Assembly (NCBI GenBank): GCA_964016885.1
Contig: OZ024741.1
Location: 230,206,001 to 230,270,000 of the forward strand
Length of the DNA stretch: 64,000 nt
Source: Eledone cirrhosa
Taxonomy: Eukaryota
Direction: 5' to 3'
Made by a program: the position numbers and the translations under genes. This document shows positions 15,656 to 28,745 of this stretch, one piece after another. The notes below the pieces were generated by a model. The model ran no database searches, was not told the DNA's origin, and saw only the letters and a program-made list of their open reading frames with translations. Position 1 is the stretch's first letter, and each line of letters starts with the position of its first letter.

Positions 15656-15817
15656 CAATCCAAAGAAATAATGCAAGAAATTTATAAATATAACTTTTTT
15701 CAATACTAGGACCCAAAGTACCACTAGGAGAATAATTGAACAATTGAACTTACAGCTCTCACCGAAATTTATATGCTTGTAGTTACATGTGTACCAGAAC
15801 GTAGTTATTACAATCCT

Positions 15818-15873
15818 AATAATTGTTTCTACTTTTGGCACAAGGCCAGCAATTATCCCAGTGTATTACTGGT
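15818..15873 (-). mobile_element. SINE 3' fragment
   Basis: aattgtttctacttttggcacaaggccagcaatt..., truncated. Confidence 0.8.
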
Positions 15874-15891
15874 AAGTAGTATAGTCAAATA

Positions 15892-18800
15892 CTCAGACTC
15901 AGAAGCTCCCGCGTCTTGCGACACATGAGGCAATCATAGTGTTCCACCGCGTTCGGTCAGCAGCCAGTTGCACAGCGTCCCGCCATTGTCTGTTAGTCGC
16001 TCGCAGGTCCCTCTCAACTGTCTGGCGCCAGTTCATTTTGGGTCGCCCTCTCCGTCTGCTTCCCTGTGGGTTCCATTTAAGTACTTGGTTCGCCAGTCTC
16101 TCTGGGGGGAAGTCTCAAAGCGTGCCCAAACCAGCCCAGGCGTCGCTTGCAGATGGCAGAAGAGACTAGCTGCTGGTTGGTGTGGTTCCTGACTTCCTGG
16201 TTTGTTACATGGTCACTCCATTTAATCCCCAGGATCATTCGCAGACATCTGGAATCGAATGCGTCCAACTTCTTCTCTTGGCTGGTCTTAAAGTGCCATG
16301 TTTCACTTCCGTACAAGAGTATGGACAGCACGTTGCTGTTGTAGAATCTCTTCTTTGTTTTGAGGGTGAACTTCCTGCTCTTCCAGATCTTGACAAGCTG
16401 GTTAAATGCTGCTGAAGCCTTTCCCATTCTACATTGAAATTCACTGTCCATGGCGCCCCCATTGTCAATGGAGCTTCCTAGGTAGGTGAAGCTGTCCACT
16501 ATTTCCACCTCCCCCTGTTCAATGAAAATACTAGTTGGTGATGGGTGTGTCCCAGATAACATGCTTTTGGTCTTCTTAGCACTGATATTGAGACCTAAGC
16601 TTCCTGCTTCGACATTGATATTGTTCATAATGATTTGCAGGTCAGCTGTGCTCTCTGCAAGTGCAGCAATATCTTTCGCAAAGTCCAGGTCAGACAACTT
16701 TTGCTCTCCCACCCAAGATATACCCTGGTCTTTAGACGCTCTTCTTAGTACCCAGTCAAGGGCTATGGCAAAGAGAATTGGAGAGAGCGAGCAACCGTGA
16801 CGCACACCAGTAACCACCTCAAACCAGTCACTGTAACCATCCTCTGTCCGTATGCAGCACTTGGAGTTTGCATAAATCTGTTTGATTGCCGAAATGACTT
16901 TCTGGGGCAGACCCTACTCATGCATGATGTTCCAGAGTGACGGTCGATGAATGCTATCGAATGCTTTGGAGAAATCGATGAAGCTGACGGCGAGGGGCCT
17001 CTGGAATTCGTTGTACCACTCAATGATGCGGCGTAACGTAAAGATCTGCTCTGCACAGGAACGTTTTGGTCGGAACCCTGCCTGTTGTTCTCGCAGTTCC
17101 CGGTCTACCATGCCACGTATGCGGTTCAGGATCATCAGCCAATAGACCTTCCCTGGTATGGAGAGAAGTGTCACTCCCCTCCAGTTGTCACAATCGGCAA
17201 GGTTGCCCTTCTTGGGGATACAGACAACCGCTCCGTTTCTCCAATCTTCTGGGACTTCACCCGTGTTCCACACAAGATTACATAAGTGGCCCATCCACTT
17301 GACCATGCTTTCGCCTCCTGACTTCAGCATTTCAGCAGAAATGCCATCCATACCTGGTGACTTGTTATTCTTAAGGGTTTTGATGGCGATGCGGACTTCC
17401 TTCTCGTTGAAGTCATCAGTATTGATAGGCAACAAACTAGTAGGTTCCTTAGTGTCTGCTGGCACACGTGGATCCGGTCGGTTGAGGACTTCCTTGAAAT
17501 GTTCAGCCCATCTGACTAACTTTTCTTCACCCTTGGAAAGCAGCGTACCATCTTTCGCTTTCACCGGGCCTGAGTTAGCTCTATAGCTGCCGGTGATTTT
17601 CTTGGCAATTTGGTACACAGAACGCATGTCATTGCGTGCCGCAGCTGCTTCCGCCTCCTCTGCCTTACCCTCAAGCCACATTCGTTTGTCCTTTTGGGCG
17701 CTGCGTTTCACCTCCTTGTCCTTGTCAACATACTGCTGATATACCTTGATGGCCTCTGGGTAGTGGCATGCCTCTGCTGGTGTAGGGCTTTCCTTTCATT
17801 AATCAGCTGCCAGGTGTTGTCGCTGACCCAAGCTTCTTTGAGGGACTTCCTGTAGCCCAGGATTTCTTCCCCTGCAGCTTCCATGGTCTTCTTCATTTCC
17901 TCCCACAAATTGACTGAGCCTGGTGCAGACTCCTCAAGGACAGAAAATCTGTTCCTCAAAGCACCTCGAACTGTGCTTCTGTGTCACCGTTCTTCAGCTT
18001 GGTAGTGTCAAAACGCCTTGTAGTGAGTGCTCTTTTCTTTTTCTTCCTCAGTCTGATTTTAAGTTTGGTAACAGACAGATAGTGGTCACTGCAGGCATCT
18101 GCGCCCCGGTAGACTCGAACGTCCTGCAGGAAAGGAGCTCTCCAACTTGGGCCAATCGCAATGTGGTCTATTTGCGTCTTGGTCTTGTGGTCGTTCGAAG
18201 CCCATGTGACCTTGTGGATGTTCTTGTGGTCAAATAGTGACGAGCCGATTTTCATATTGTTCATGGCACAGAACTGGACAAACCTGTCCCCGTTGTCCGT
18301 GCGGTTTCCATAAGCATGGGGGCCAAGGACATGTTCAAAGCCAACCCTGCTTCCCCCGATCTGTGCGTTCATGTCTCCCATGATCAGGATGTCATGACGT
18401 GGGGTTTTGTTTACAACATCTTGTAGTTGCTGGTAGAAAGCGTCCTTGTCATCATCGTTATGTTCGTTGGTTGGAGCATAGCACTGAGCTATGGTGACCT
18501 TTGCATGTGATGTGGTGAATCTTGCTGTCATTAGGCGTTCGTTGATAGGAGTCCACTCCTCAAGGGCACCACTGGCAGCCCTGTCCCTGATGATTGCAAC
18601 TCCATCTCGGTGGGTCCCGTTCTGACGGCCTGAGAATAGGATTATCTTGTTTTCATGGACAAACTTCCCAGAGTCAGTCCAGCGGACCTCGCTGAGGCCC
18701 AGGATGTTAATTTTGTAGGCCTCCATTTCTCCGATAACTTGCGCAAGTTTGGATGGTTGGTACATAGTTCTTATGTTCTAATATCTAATACGTGTGGTTG

Positions 18801-19329
18801 TTTTTGCTGACAGAATTCAGGTCCTCAGGATGTCGGCTTCCTCATTGAGACTTTCGCCGACACCCGTCATACAATCTCCGGTTAGAGACAACCGTTCTCC
18901 TGACTGCTTGGAATTTAAATCTGATGCACTATGAATTGTTTTCGTAGCAGGAGAGTTTTTTCCGGGAACAGGTCGCTAATCTGAAGCCCAACCACTGACA
19001 TTTAGTAAAGAGACAGTAAGTGGAGTAGTCTCTGGTAGAACTGCAAACCGATGGGTTGCAGGCGTTATATCAGAGTTTTCCTTCTCCTAGAATTCTGCCT
19101 TGACAAAGGCTAAGGGGTCATCTCTCCCGGTGATTTTGGATGGCCATTGACTCTTAAAAGCTCCTTTGCCCTTTAACAGGTTTTGTTTTTAGTCCTGCAG
19201 GATGTCCAAAGTCACCCTCCTCACCAAGAAACCTTGGTGGGGTTGCCAGTTTAGTCGCCTACGACCCGATCATGATACACGTTGTACTGGGATACATGTT
19301 ACCAGTAGCACCAACTGGTGACCTGACAC
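15892..19329 (-). mobile_element. Full-length RTE-clade LINE with 9-bp TSD
   Basis: TSD AGTCAAATA at 15883-15891 and 19330-19338. Single APE-RT ORF, ~460 bp 5' UTR and a (TCTGAG)2 3' end. Confidence 0.93.
15895..18870 (-). pseudogene. RTE APE-RT polyprotein, disrupted
   Basis: MTGVGES start, GLSEVRW, YAPT, MGDMNA, QIDHI, SDH, NWRGVTLLS, QQAGFR, FIDFSKAFDS, GVRHGCSLSP, LDFAKD (FADD mutated), LLYGSETW, WFGH. Several frameshifts and stops. Confidence 0.92.
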
Positions 19330-19344
19330 AGTCAAATAGCATGA

Positions 19345-20520
19345 TAAAAAAAAATAGTTCAGATGAGAAGGCTGAAAACAATTCTATTATTGGAGGAGTA
19401 GGCTTGATATTAAATCCTAAAGCACGAGAATATTTGCTATTTTATTGAGTCTATAATACCAAGAATAATAACAACTTTCAATCAAAATCCAAGGCTAAAC
19501 ATAATCTGTTGATACTGCAGATTTGATGAAGTTACTTAACTTAAATCTCGTTGCGGGAGATTTTAACGAAACAATAATTGAAGCATATAAAAAGGCTTGC
19601 AGAACCGCTCATAGTTTTGAAACAGAGCAAAGCAAAATAGAATGTCCCATGGGAAAACCAAGAAGTAGTAAGGAAAGGGAAATAATTATAAAGTGCTTAT
19701 TCTAAACACATGCTTCACCCGACTGAAAGAAAAGAACAGCTTTTAGTTGAAACTAAAAGGAATATGGATGATGCTTATATCAAAGTAGAACTACTGCATA
19801 ATGTCCACTTAAATCGAAAAGCTAAGCTTGCGTGGATTGTAATCAACGAAATAATTGGACGAAAAATATCTTACCAAGGTAAAAGCAAATGTGAAAGCTC
19901 CGAGGAAAGGGTACATTTGTGGAAGGAATATTTTGCTAAGCTACTTGGACAACCACATCCTTCCATAATCGCTTTGGTCTATGTCATGAGGGAAATCATT
20001 GTTAATCATCAAGAACTCGGCTTTACATTGACTCAAATGAGAAGTAAGTGAAATCCGCCAAGTGTTATATGTGATACGGATTTTGGTGATGGCATAGCTC
20101 TTCTATTAAATACAATTGACCAAGTTCAAGAACTTTTTCATAAAGTCAAATTCTCTACCAGGAAAATTGGTCTACACGTAAATGTTACGAAGACATCACT
20201 AAAGATGGAAATCTTGTCACACTGGAGTTGATGATTTTCTATATTTGGGCAGCTGGATGCGATTATCAAAAAAGAACACTGGTATTAGAATTTCCAAAGT
20301 TTGGGCTGCAATGAACAAAATGGAAATGATATGGAAGTCATATCTACCAAGAAAAACATTATTTTTCACAATATCTATTGGATCAGGTACACGGAGTCTG
20401 ACACAGGTACTTGAGGAGAAACTACATGGTGCATACACTAAAATACTTATGATTGTATAAAACATAAACTGCCATCAACGTTTTACAAACAGAATTTCAT
20501 ACGGAAACATGTCCATTGGA
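19345..20520 (+). mobile_element. Old, internally deleted RTE-like LINE
   Basis: IGGVGLILN, AGDFN, AWIVINEIIGRK, DTDFGDGIALL, VDDFLYLGSW and AYTKIL resemble the element at 43-46 kb. Confidence 0.75.
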
Positions 20521-21945
20521 GTTTATAGTTCAAATAATGGTGTCATTTATATTGAAAGTGTTCTTAAAATTAATTTGAATATATAAACTTTTTACAAAGC
20601 CATATTCATATTGATCTGAAGCAATCCTTTATCTATTCCAATTTATATATTATCTTTCTAATCTAGATGCACAGACCCAGCTCTGTGCATTCTAAATTCA
20701 AACATCCCATTTTACAGGTTATATCGGAAATATTGTCTTCGTGATCGGATGAGAACATCGGTGCCTTTCCTTTTTTCTCTCTCTACCATCCCAGGTGACC
20801 AATCTATAAAAGAGTCTATTCAACTAAGTCAGAACAGCTTCCAACAATTCTTTATTCCACCCCCGCCCCACCCCACCCCACCAGAGATGTTTTAACTAAA
20901 TAAAAAACAACTACAACAAAACCATTAGACCACTAAAGACGCAGAGATGACACTAATACATAGAACGTTCCACTATGAAGGAGTTGGTCTTATTCCGTCA
21001 TATTCATAGTCATATTGGTTGGAACAGGGAAAACAAAATAAATAAAACATATATAAAAATCAAAACAAAAGTTCAAGAAAGTTTTATGTGGAATGTATAA
21101 AAGTTTTCATGGATGGTATGATCGATTAAATTCCTTTAAAATGTTATCCCAGCTTGGCTGCAGTCTAATAACTGAAGCCAATAACAAAATACAAGTATAA
21201 AACGTGATAAAATAAAATAATTTATTTTAGAAATTATTGCATTTTGTTTTCACTTTCTATGCGAAGTGAGATAATAGTTTTCCGATTTGACCCCCAGAGA
21301 GACATACAAAGGTAATTAAATTTTGAGACTCAGAACTATAATCACTTCACTACATACATATATATATTTGTACTTAGTGAGGATTGCATGTATCATACGG
21401 TAATATTCAGCCAGCTTTGTTGACAAATTACCACAACACGGCACCACTCGGTTGGACTAGTTGGAGTATATAACATGAAATGAGAAAAATATAACATCCA
21501 ATTACACTATTGTGTTAAGAACGCATCTAAATAAAATCTAAATTGAAATAATTCTAAAATTATAAGCGTACCCACCACACACACAGACATGCATACAAAT
21601 ATACACAAACATGCATATTTATAAGCAAGCATTATATATAAATATGTATATATACATTTGTGTACGAGCAATTATATATATATATATATATATATGGTAA
21701 TGTATTTGCTGCTTCTAGAGGGGTCGAGTGGTTGTATTGCTGCAGGCGTTGTATTGTGTTCATGGGTAGGGCAATTAAAACATCCCGCCCTGCATTGATT
21801 TCCATGTAAAAAAAATAGGATTATCGTTTCTTTGCAGACCTGTTTCTCCACTACACCTTAGATAGACATGCGTTCTTCGGATGCATAATAATGTTTGAAC
21901 AGGCAGCTGCTGGTTGACACATTCACGTAACACATACTCACGCGA

Positions 21946-22023
<78 letters not shown>

Positions 22024-22044
22024 GTATACACATACACACGTACG

Positions 22045-22075
<31 letters not shown>

Positions 22076-22399
22076 TACATATATCAAACTAAGCTAACTA
22101 TATATATATATATATATTTATATATATACAATGCATAGAGTCTGTCAGACAAACTAGTTTGCTTATGCTAATTGATTTCGTTTTTTTTAATTTCCGATGA
22201 GTATGCTATGTAGATGTACAAAAATATAGATGCTGAGGTGTATTTGTATACATTTATTCGCTAATATATTGAATTATCTATATAGTTGAAAAAAAAACAC
22301 ACGCGCACGCACGTGCGCGTGGATTCAAACATACATACACACACACACACACATACACACACATATATTTATATATATTTACATATATATATGTATATG

Positions 22400-22610
22400 T
22401 TGTTTCCTTGAACAAGATACTTTATTTCCCATTGCTTCAGTTTACTCAGCGGTAGAAATGACTGCAAAGTTGACGTGGCGGTGCCACGGCTAAAAAGCAC
22501 CCATCACTCACTGTAAATGAGGTTGGTGTTAAGAAGGGCATCCAGCTGTAGAAATCAACCCAGAATCAGTTCCCGTCCCACCCTTGGAAGCAGGGAAAAG
22601 CGGACGTAAA
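22400..22610 (+). mobile_element. CORE-like SINE fragment
   Basis: gtttccttgaacaagatactttattt...tttactcagc resembles the CORE domain, followed by ggttggtgttaagaagggcatccagctgtagaaa. Confidence 0.5.
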
Positions 22611-22796
22611 ATAATTGTTTCTACTTTAGGCACAAGGCCAGCAATTACCCAGTGCATTACTGGTACTTTATTTTATCGACCCCGTAAGGATGAAAGGCAA
22701 AGTCAACCTCGGCGGGATTTGAAATCAGATCGTAAAGGGACGTAACTATGCTGGAGAGCATGACGTCCGACCCTCTACCGATACTGCCAATCCACC
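22611..22796 (-). mobile_element. tRNA-derived SINE
   Basis: Full copy of the 15.3 kb family. Confidence 0.9.
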
Positions 22797-22821
22797 TAAA
22801 ATAATGAGGATGAAATATATA

Positions 22822-23764
22822 TCTATATATATAAAACTGTTGTCTGTGTGTGTCTCCTCATTTTTGCAAAGTCTATACAAATCCACATTCTACTCCGATT
22901 GACTTCAAACTAGGATTTATATATTCCTTGCGGTCAAAAGATATTAACTGCAGCTTTTATTTTTCAATTTTCTGTTGTTAAAGGGGTGTTAGGCGCTGGT
23001 TATCCATCTCCGTAGTGCTCTTATAATATCTGTCTGTATGCCTGACTGTCTGTATTACGACATTCTGACGAACATTGATGACGTATTATGTTCGCTATTT
23101 TCCGTTCATTGCCAGGGAACGTCTTCACGAACCAAAGTATCGTCTTCCTGTTTTCCTTCGGTTGCAACGTTTTTCGAAATATTTACTTCTGCGTTCACAG
23201 ATTGATGTTTTTAGTTTCAGAATATCCCGTTAAGGGTGAAAGCAACGATTCTTTGCTTAAACTTTAATCTGTTATTTTAATCTATATATGTATATATATA
23301 AAACTGAGGAAGAATTATGTATGTTCTTCTGGTTTTATAATTTCACAAAGTTTTACCAACAGAGAGAGAGAGAGTCGGTTTCTAACATAGACACAAGACT
23401 CTCTCATTGGAATTTACACATCAACTAGGTAGATATGTATGTATGCAAGCATGTATAGATATGGATGTTATTGTATGTGTGGATGTGTATGTTTTGAGTT
23501 GTATGTGTGCATGTGTATATGCTTTGCATCTGTACATGTGTATATGCAGTTATTAGATGCAAAATGTTTGGAATGTTTTACATAATTTTATTGTTGGATT
23601 GTACTTGTAATTTCCTAACTAGTTGTGTTCTTTCTGTTCCTGTGAAGCCTAGCTTCTCAAGATTTGTATTGAGGCAGTTAATAACATACCCCCGTGCCTC
23701 AATAATCACAGGCATAAATCTGAAGGTGTATGTATGTATGTATATGTGTATGTGTGTATGTGTG

Positions 23765-23795
<31 letters not shown>

Positions 23796-24366
23796 CCGAG
23801 AAGTACCAAACCGATTTTTTTCAAACACTACATGTGTATAGCTTATGTTTCAGGGAGTGTTATGCGCATACAAATTCAACTTTTTGATCCCCTAGGGCCC
23901 GCACTAGGTGAAAAACTGCTTTTTTCAGCTTTTTAGGGTTTTTTGAGGCGTTACGTCAGACAGATTTCTTTGAAATTGTAACTATGTATTAGTCAGTCTC
24001 TTCTTCATACCGTGAGTAAAGAAATTCCAACTTTTTTTATGGCCTAGGGCCCGCATTAGGTGAAAAACTTCATTTTTTCAGCATTTTAGGGCTCTAGCCG
24101 ATTTTCTAGCCGATTTTCCCGAAATTTCAAGACATATTATGCACATAAAAAAAATTCATTTTCTTGATCCCCTAGAGCCCGCATTAGGTGAAAACCTGCA
24201 TTTTTCCTGCTCCATCGAGGAAAATCTTAAAGATTATCCAGCCATCAGAGTATTCGGTTTATTTTCTTTACATATTGTCCAGGCATGCAGTTATTCCACG
24301 ATTAAGTCTGTTGGCGGCCCGCGTTCCAAAATACCTTATCTCGTGCAACACCGGGTTCCACTGCTA

Positions 24367-24367
<1 letters not shown>
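22822..24367 (+). mobile_element. Non-autonomous Helitron-type element(s), possibly composite
   Basis: 5' A|TCTATATATATAAAA. 3' subterminal CTCGTGCAACACCGGG then CTAG|T at 24364-24367. Internal repeats CCTAGGGCCCGCA(C/T)TAGGTGAAAA near 23890, 24043 and 24171. Confidence 0.6.
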
Positions 24368-24401
<34 letters not shown>

Positions 24402-24728
24402 TGTGTGTGTGTGTATTTATATATATATATACATGTATATATATGCATACATCTAGATATACATATATCTATATATGTATATATATATATATATATATTA
24501 TCATCATCATCATCATCGAGACCAGAATCGAACTTTCTGAACAAAATCTCTCCACGATTCACGACTTTCCCTTGCTCCTGGCAACTGCTCTTAACTAATG
24601 TATGTATCGTCTGTGAGTTGATCGATGAAGGTCCGAAGTGGACTTCCTCTTCTACGTCCTCCATTAGCTGGTTGCCATAATTTTATCTTGTATATAACTT
24701 CCTGCTTACTACTCCAGCAATGTCCTGG

Positions 24729-24918
24729 AAATAATTGTTTCTACTTTTGGCACAAGACCAGCAATTACCCAGTACATTACTGGTACTTTATTTTATCGAC
24801 CCCGTAAGGATGAAAGGCAAAGTTAACCTCGGCGGGATTTGAACTCAGACTGTAAAGGGACGTAACTATGCTAGAAAGCATGGCGTCCAAACCTCTACCG
24901 ATACTGCCAATTCACCGA
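24729..24918 (-). mobile_element. tRNA-derived SINE
   Basis: Full copy. Confidence 0.9.
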
Positions 24919-24939
24919 CTTTGAGCAATTGTATAATAG

Positions 24940-25230
24940 TTGTTATCATGAGTAACTTGCATTTGTAATACACTGACGCCAGTTTATGATTTGTAAAACC
25001 CTAAGCAGTTTTTTGTAAGGACCATATAGTTTGTTCGCAAGTGCCCTTGTCAGAGTTCGTGTACCTGGTCCATACAAGGACACTGACTCAACAGATGTTC
25101 TGATATTTTGATCTTTCTGGGTAGATCTGAATTCCATATCATGTTCATTTTGTTCAATGCAGCCAGACTTTGAAAACTCTGATGTCAATGTCCTCTCTTC
25201 ATGAACTCATCCAGCTGCGTAAATAAAGAA
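24940..25230 (-). mobile_element. RTE-like LINE 3' fragment
   Basis: TSVESVSLYGPGTRTLT...YKKLLRVLQIINWRQ. Confidence 0.7.
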
Positions 25231-25608
25231 AATCATGAACACACACACACACACACATTTATATATGTAGGTGCACACATTTGTGTCATGTAACGTAAAA
25301 TGGCGTAGACATACAACATAACAGGAGGAAAATTTAACACCACTGACGATGTTGCAGATGTGCAACGAAAGATTTATGATAAACTATATATATGTGTTTG
25401 TGTCTATATTGTATCTGTATTATTTTTGACCGTCGGTCAGTCAATGGCAACATTGAGGACCGAGTAAGATAGATTACCGATGTAAAAGACACAGAAGCGA
25501 GAAGCGAAAACCAACCAAACAGTGAGTGTGTTCTGTTATTAATTCTGGCAATATTACACAAATATGACCCTCCCCAAGTATAACAATATATATATATATA
25601 TATATATA

Positions 25609-25870
25609 GGAACAAGCAAGACCCCGACGGCTGAGCTCAAGCCGTTTTGCCTTCAAAAATGTGGCTCAAATTGTTTTTTTTATATATAAGTGAAATCTGG
25701 TTGGTTGATGACTGTCACATGAACAAGTACATCAACTCCCGTGCCCGTTTTCGTTTGAGGATTCTTTAATGCCATTTTCACTTAAAAATGTGGCTCCAAT
25801 TATTTTCTTTTTATAAATGTAATTTGGTTCGTTGATACATGTCACGTGAACAAGTACATGAAATTTTGCG
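25609..25870 (-). mobile_element. Penelope-like fragment with partial hammerhead (stem III) and a duplicated ~75 bp module
   Basis: Minus strand AAACGGCTTGAGCTCAGCCGTC matches the 38.9 kb family. The module ggttgatgactgtcacatgaacaagtac occurs twice and again at 26780 (inverted) and 42775. Confidence 0.5.
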
Positions 25871-25950
25871 CCAGTTTGTGTTTGGGTGTTCTTTATTGTC
25901 ATTTTCACAGTCACATGATTTGTCATTGTGAGTTTTGTGCCAAACAAAAT

Positions 25951-26125
25951 ATAATTGTTTCTACTTTAGGCACAAGGCCAGCAATTAACCAGTGCATTAC
26001 TGGTACTTTATTTTATCGACCCCGTAAGGACGAAAGGCAAAGTCAACCTCGGCGGGATTTGAACTTAGATCGTAAAGGGACGTAACTATGCTGGAAAGCA
26101 TGGTATCCGACCCTCTACCGATACT
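25951..26125 (-). mobile_element. tRNA-derived SINE
   Basis: Near full copy. Confidence 0.9.
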
Positions 26126-26284
26126 GAATGGTTAAGAAATGGTTCAGTGAGTATGGCTGATGAGCCGAGGTGTCAAAATTCAGACTTTCTATTGAAATAA
26201 ATTGAATGTTTGTGTCGATTATGGTGGGTAGAAAATAGAAACATATATTTTTATTCGTGTGCGGATGCGTGCGTGTGTGTGTGA

Positions 26285-26316
<32 letters not shown>

Positions 26317-26857
26317 ATGTGTGGGAAAATGATTCCATTAGTATAAATGGAGAAGGGTGTTATGTGTGCGTCTGTGTGTATGTGCGTGTGTTAGCATGTT
26401 AAGGTGTTAAAATATTAACGTATTTTAAAGTATAATTAGATCTGGTCTTTTAACTTTGAATATAGAAGAGGGTGTAATGTGCGTATGGGTGTGTGTGTGT
26501 GTATGTGCGTATGTATGTGTCTGTGCGGATGGTTAGTATGTTATGGTGTTAACATCTTAATGTATATTAAACTATATTGAATGGTGGTCTATATATTTTG
26601 CATAAACATATTTTCCCTATTTATTTATATTTGGTCTGTTGTATTGTCAGTGCAAAGTTAAAGTGGAAAGTTTCTTATTGCTTGCGCATACGTCTAGATG
26701 CGTACTGAGTGGTATCGGTCTTACGGTAGTGTCTCGTAATTGTTGGCGACGAATTGTTATCCTGTTTCTGGTACTTATTCATGTGACAGTCATCAACCAA
26801 CCAATTACTTTTTTAAAAATCCAGCATTTCAAGCCACTCCTTTCCACATAAAACAAA

Positions 26858-27030
26858 AATAACTGTTTCTACTTTTCGTACAAGGCCAGCAATTATTCCA
26901 GTGTGTTACTGGTACTTTATTTTATTGACACCGTAAGGATGAAAGGCAAAGTTAACCTCGGTTGAAACTCAGACCAGAAAGGTCCGTAACTCTTTGCTGC
27001 ATCAGACCCTCTAGCGATATTGCAAAAACC
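26858..27030 (-). mobile_element. tRNA-derived SINE, diverged
   Basis: Same family motifs. Confidence 0.8.
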
Positions 27031-27043
27031 CTCCATCTCAATT

Positions 27044-27084
27044 CTACTTTTGAAAAGCATAAGAACTGTGAAACCAGTGAAGGA
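27044..27084 (+). ncRNA. Hammerhead-like motif, U3:A8 core variant, mutated cleavage site
   Basis: CTT-TTGAAAA-GCAtaagaacTGT-GAAA-ccag-TG-AAG, homologous to 42608-42646. Confidence 0.45.
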
Positions 27085-27134
27085 AACAAATAAATATTCT
27101 TAAAAACACTCCAGTTGCATTTGTGATTTGTTTT

Positions 27135-27223
<89 letters not shown>

Positions 27224-27714
27224 CATCATATATATATATATATATATGCGTGCGTGTGTGTGTGCGTGTATATATATATTTATATATGTATGGATATATA
27301 TATATGTGTGTGCGTATATATATATACATACACTCACACAGCCACACACACTTATACATGTATATTTGTATATATGTATGCATGTATGTATGCATATGTA
27401 TATTGCATAGTTCTGTTGCTGCTGTCACTTCTCTACATAATAGTGCTGTGGATGTTACGGTTGTTGCTATAGAAACTGTTGTTTTCGCAGCTGTTTCTGT
27501 AGTTGTTGTTGACTTTGTTGTTAGAAACTGTTGTTACTGCTGCTTCTGTTGCTGTTGCTGCTGATTCGTCTGCTGCTGCTCCTTCTTCAGCTATTGTTGG
27601 TTGTTGTTGCTACTGCTACTGCTGCTGCTAATAAGTCTGCTGCTGATTTCATCCCAACACAGTTGTTATTTCCATTCTAACACCTTTCACAAATGGTGTA
27701 ATCATAAGTCACGT

Positions 27715-28420
27715 CACAGTACTACCGAGTACAACTTGACAAAGTTGCTCAGAAAACACGCATTCACCCCAAGTACCACTTGACAAAGTTTCTTGCAACA
27801 CACGCAGTCATCCTAAGTATCCCTTGTTAAAGTTGCTCGCAACATACGCACTCACCCCAAGTACCACTTGACAAAGTTGCTCAGAACATACGCAATCAGC
27901 CCAAGTAACACTTAACAAAGCTACTCAGAGCATACGCAGTCACCTCAGAAAAATACTTGTCAAAGTTGCTTGGAACACAGAATTGCCTCAGAGAAATACT
28001 TGACAAAGTTGTCTAGAATACCTAGTCATCTCAGAGTGCCACTAGAGAAAGTAACTTGGAATACACATGGTCATCTCAGAGTACCCCTAGAAAACATTTC
28101 ATGGAATATCACTCAGATTTACCTGACAGTTCCACTTAACTAAGTGGCTTGTAATATCACACACAATCACCTTAGAGTACCACACACAGACACACAAAAG
28201 TATTGCTTAACAGAATTGTTTGGAACAAAACACACACCTCCCCCCCTCACCAAAGTGTACAACTTGAAAAGTTTCTAAGAACACCACATAGTCCCCTCAG
28301 AGTACAACCCGACAAAGTTGCTTGGAACACTACACAGTCCCCTCAGAAAGGTTTGCCAAGAACATAAATGCTCACCTCAAACTAAAACTTAAGAAAGCTG
28401 CTTGGAACATAAACATATTA
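27715..28420. repeat. ~44-bp degenerate minisatellite, ~14-15 units
   Basis: Unit CTTGACAAAGTTGCTCAGAACATACGCAGTCACCCCAAGTACCA recurs near 27735, 27779, 27823, 27867, 27911, 27956 and 27998, decaying rightwards. Confidence 0.85.
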
Positions 28421-28502
28421 CTTCGGATCATTGAAGAACCCAGAAAAAAAGAATTTGCCCAACTATTCTGTTTTGGGATTTTTGCTGTTGTTGTTTTCTT
28501 TG

Positions 28503-28504
<2 letters not shown>

Positions 28505-28551
<47 letters not shown>

Positions 28552-28593
28552 TGTTGTTGTTGTTGTTGTTGCTGTTGCTGTTGTTGTTGTTGG

Positions 28594-28675
<82 letters not shown>

Positions 28676-28690
28676 CTTCTTCTTCTTCTT

Positions 28691-28721
<31 letters not shown>

Positions 28722-28745
28722 TTGTAGTTGTTGTTTTTGATGTTC
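28505..28745. repeat. Compound (ATT)n-(GTT)n-(CTT)n microsatellite
   Basis: Direct. Confidence 0.95.

Noticed and set aside
22611-22796. tRNA genes suggested by A and B boxes
   Set aside because: These are SINE heads with no cloverleaf or acceptor stem.
27715-28420. CRISPR-like array
   Set aside because: The whole unit is homologous between copies, there are no unique spacers or cas genes, and the context is eukaryotic.
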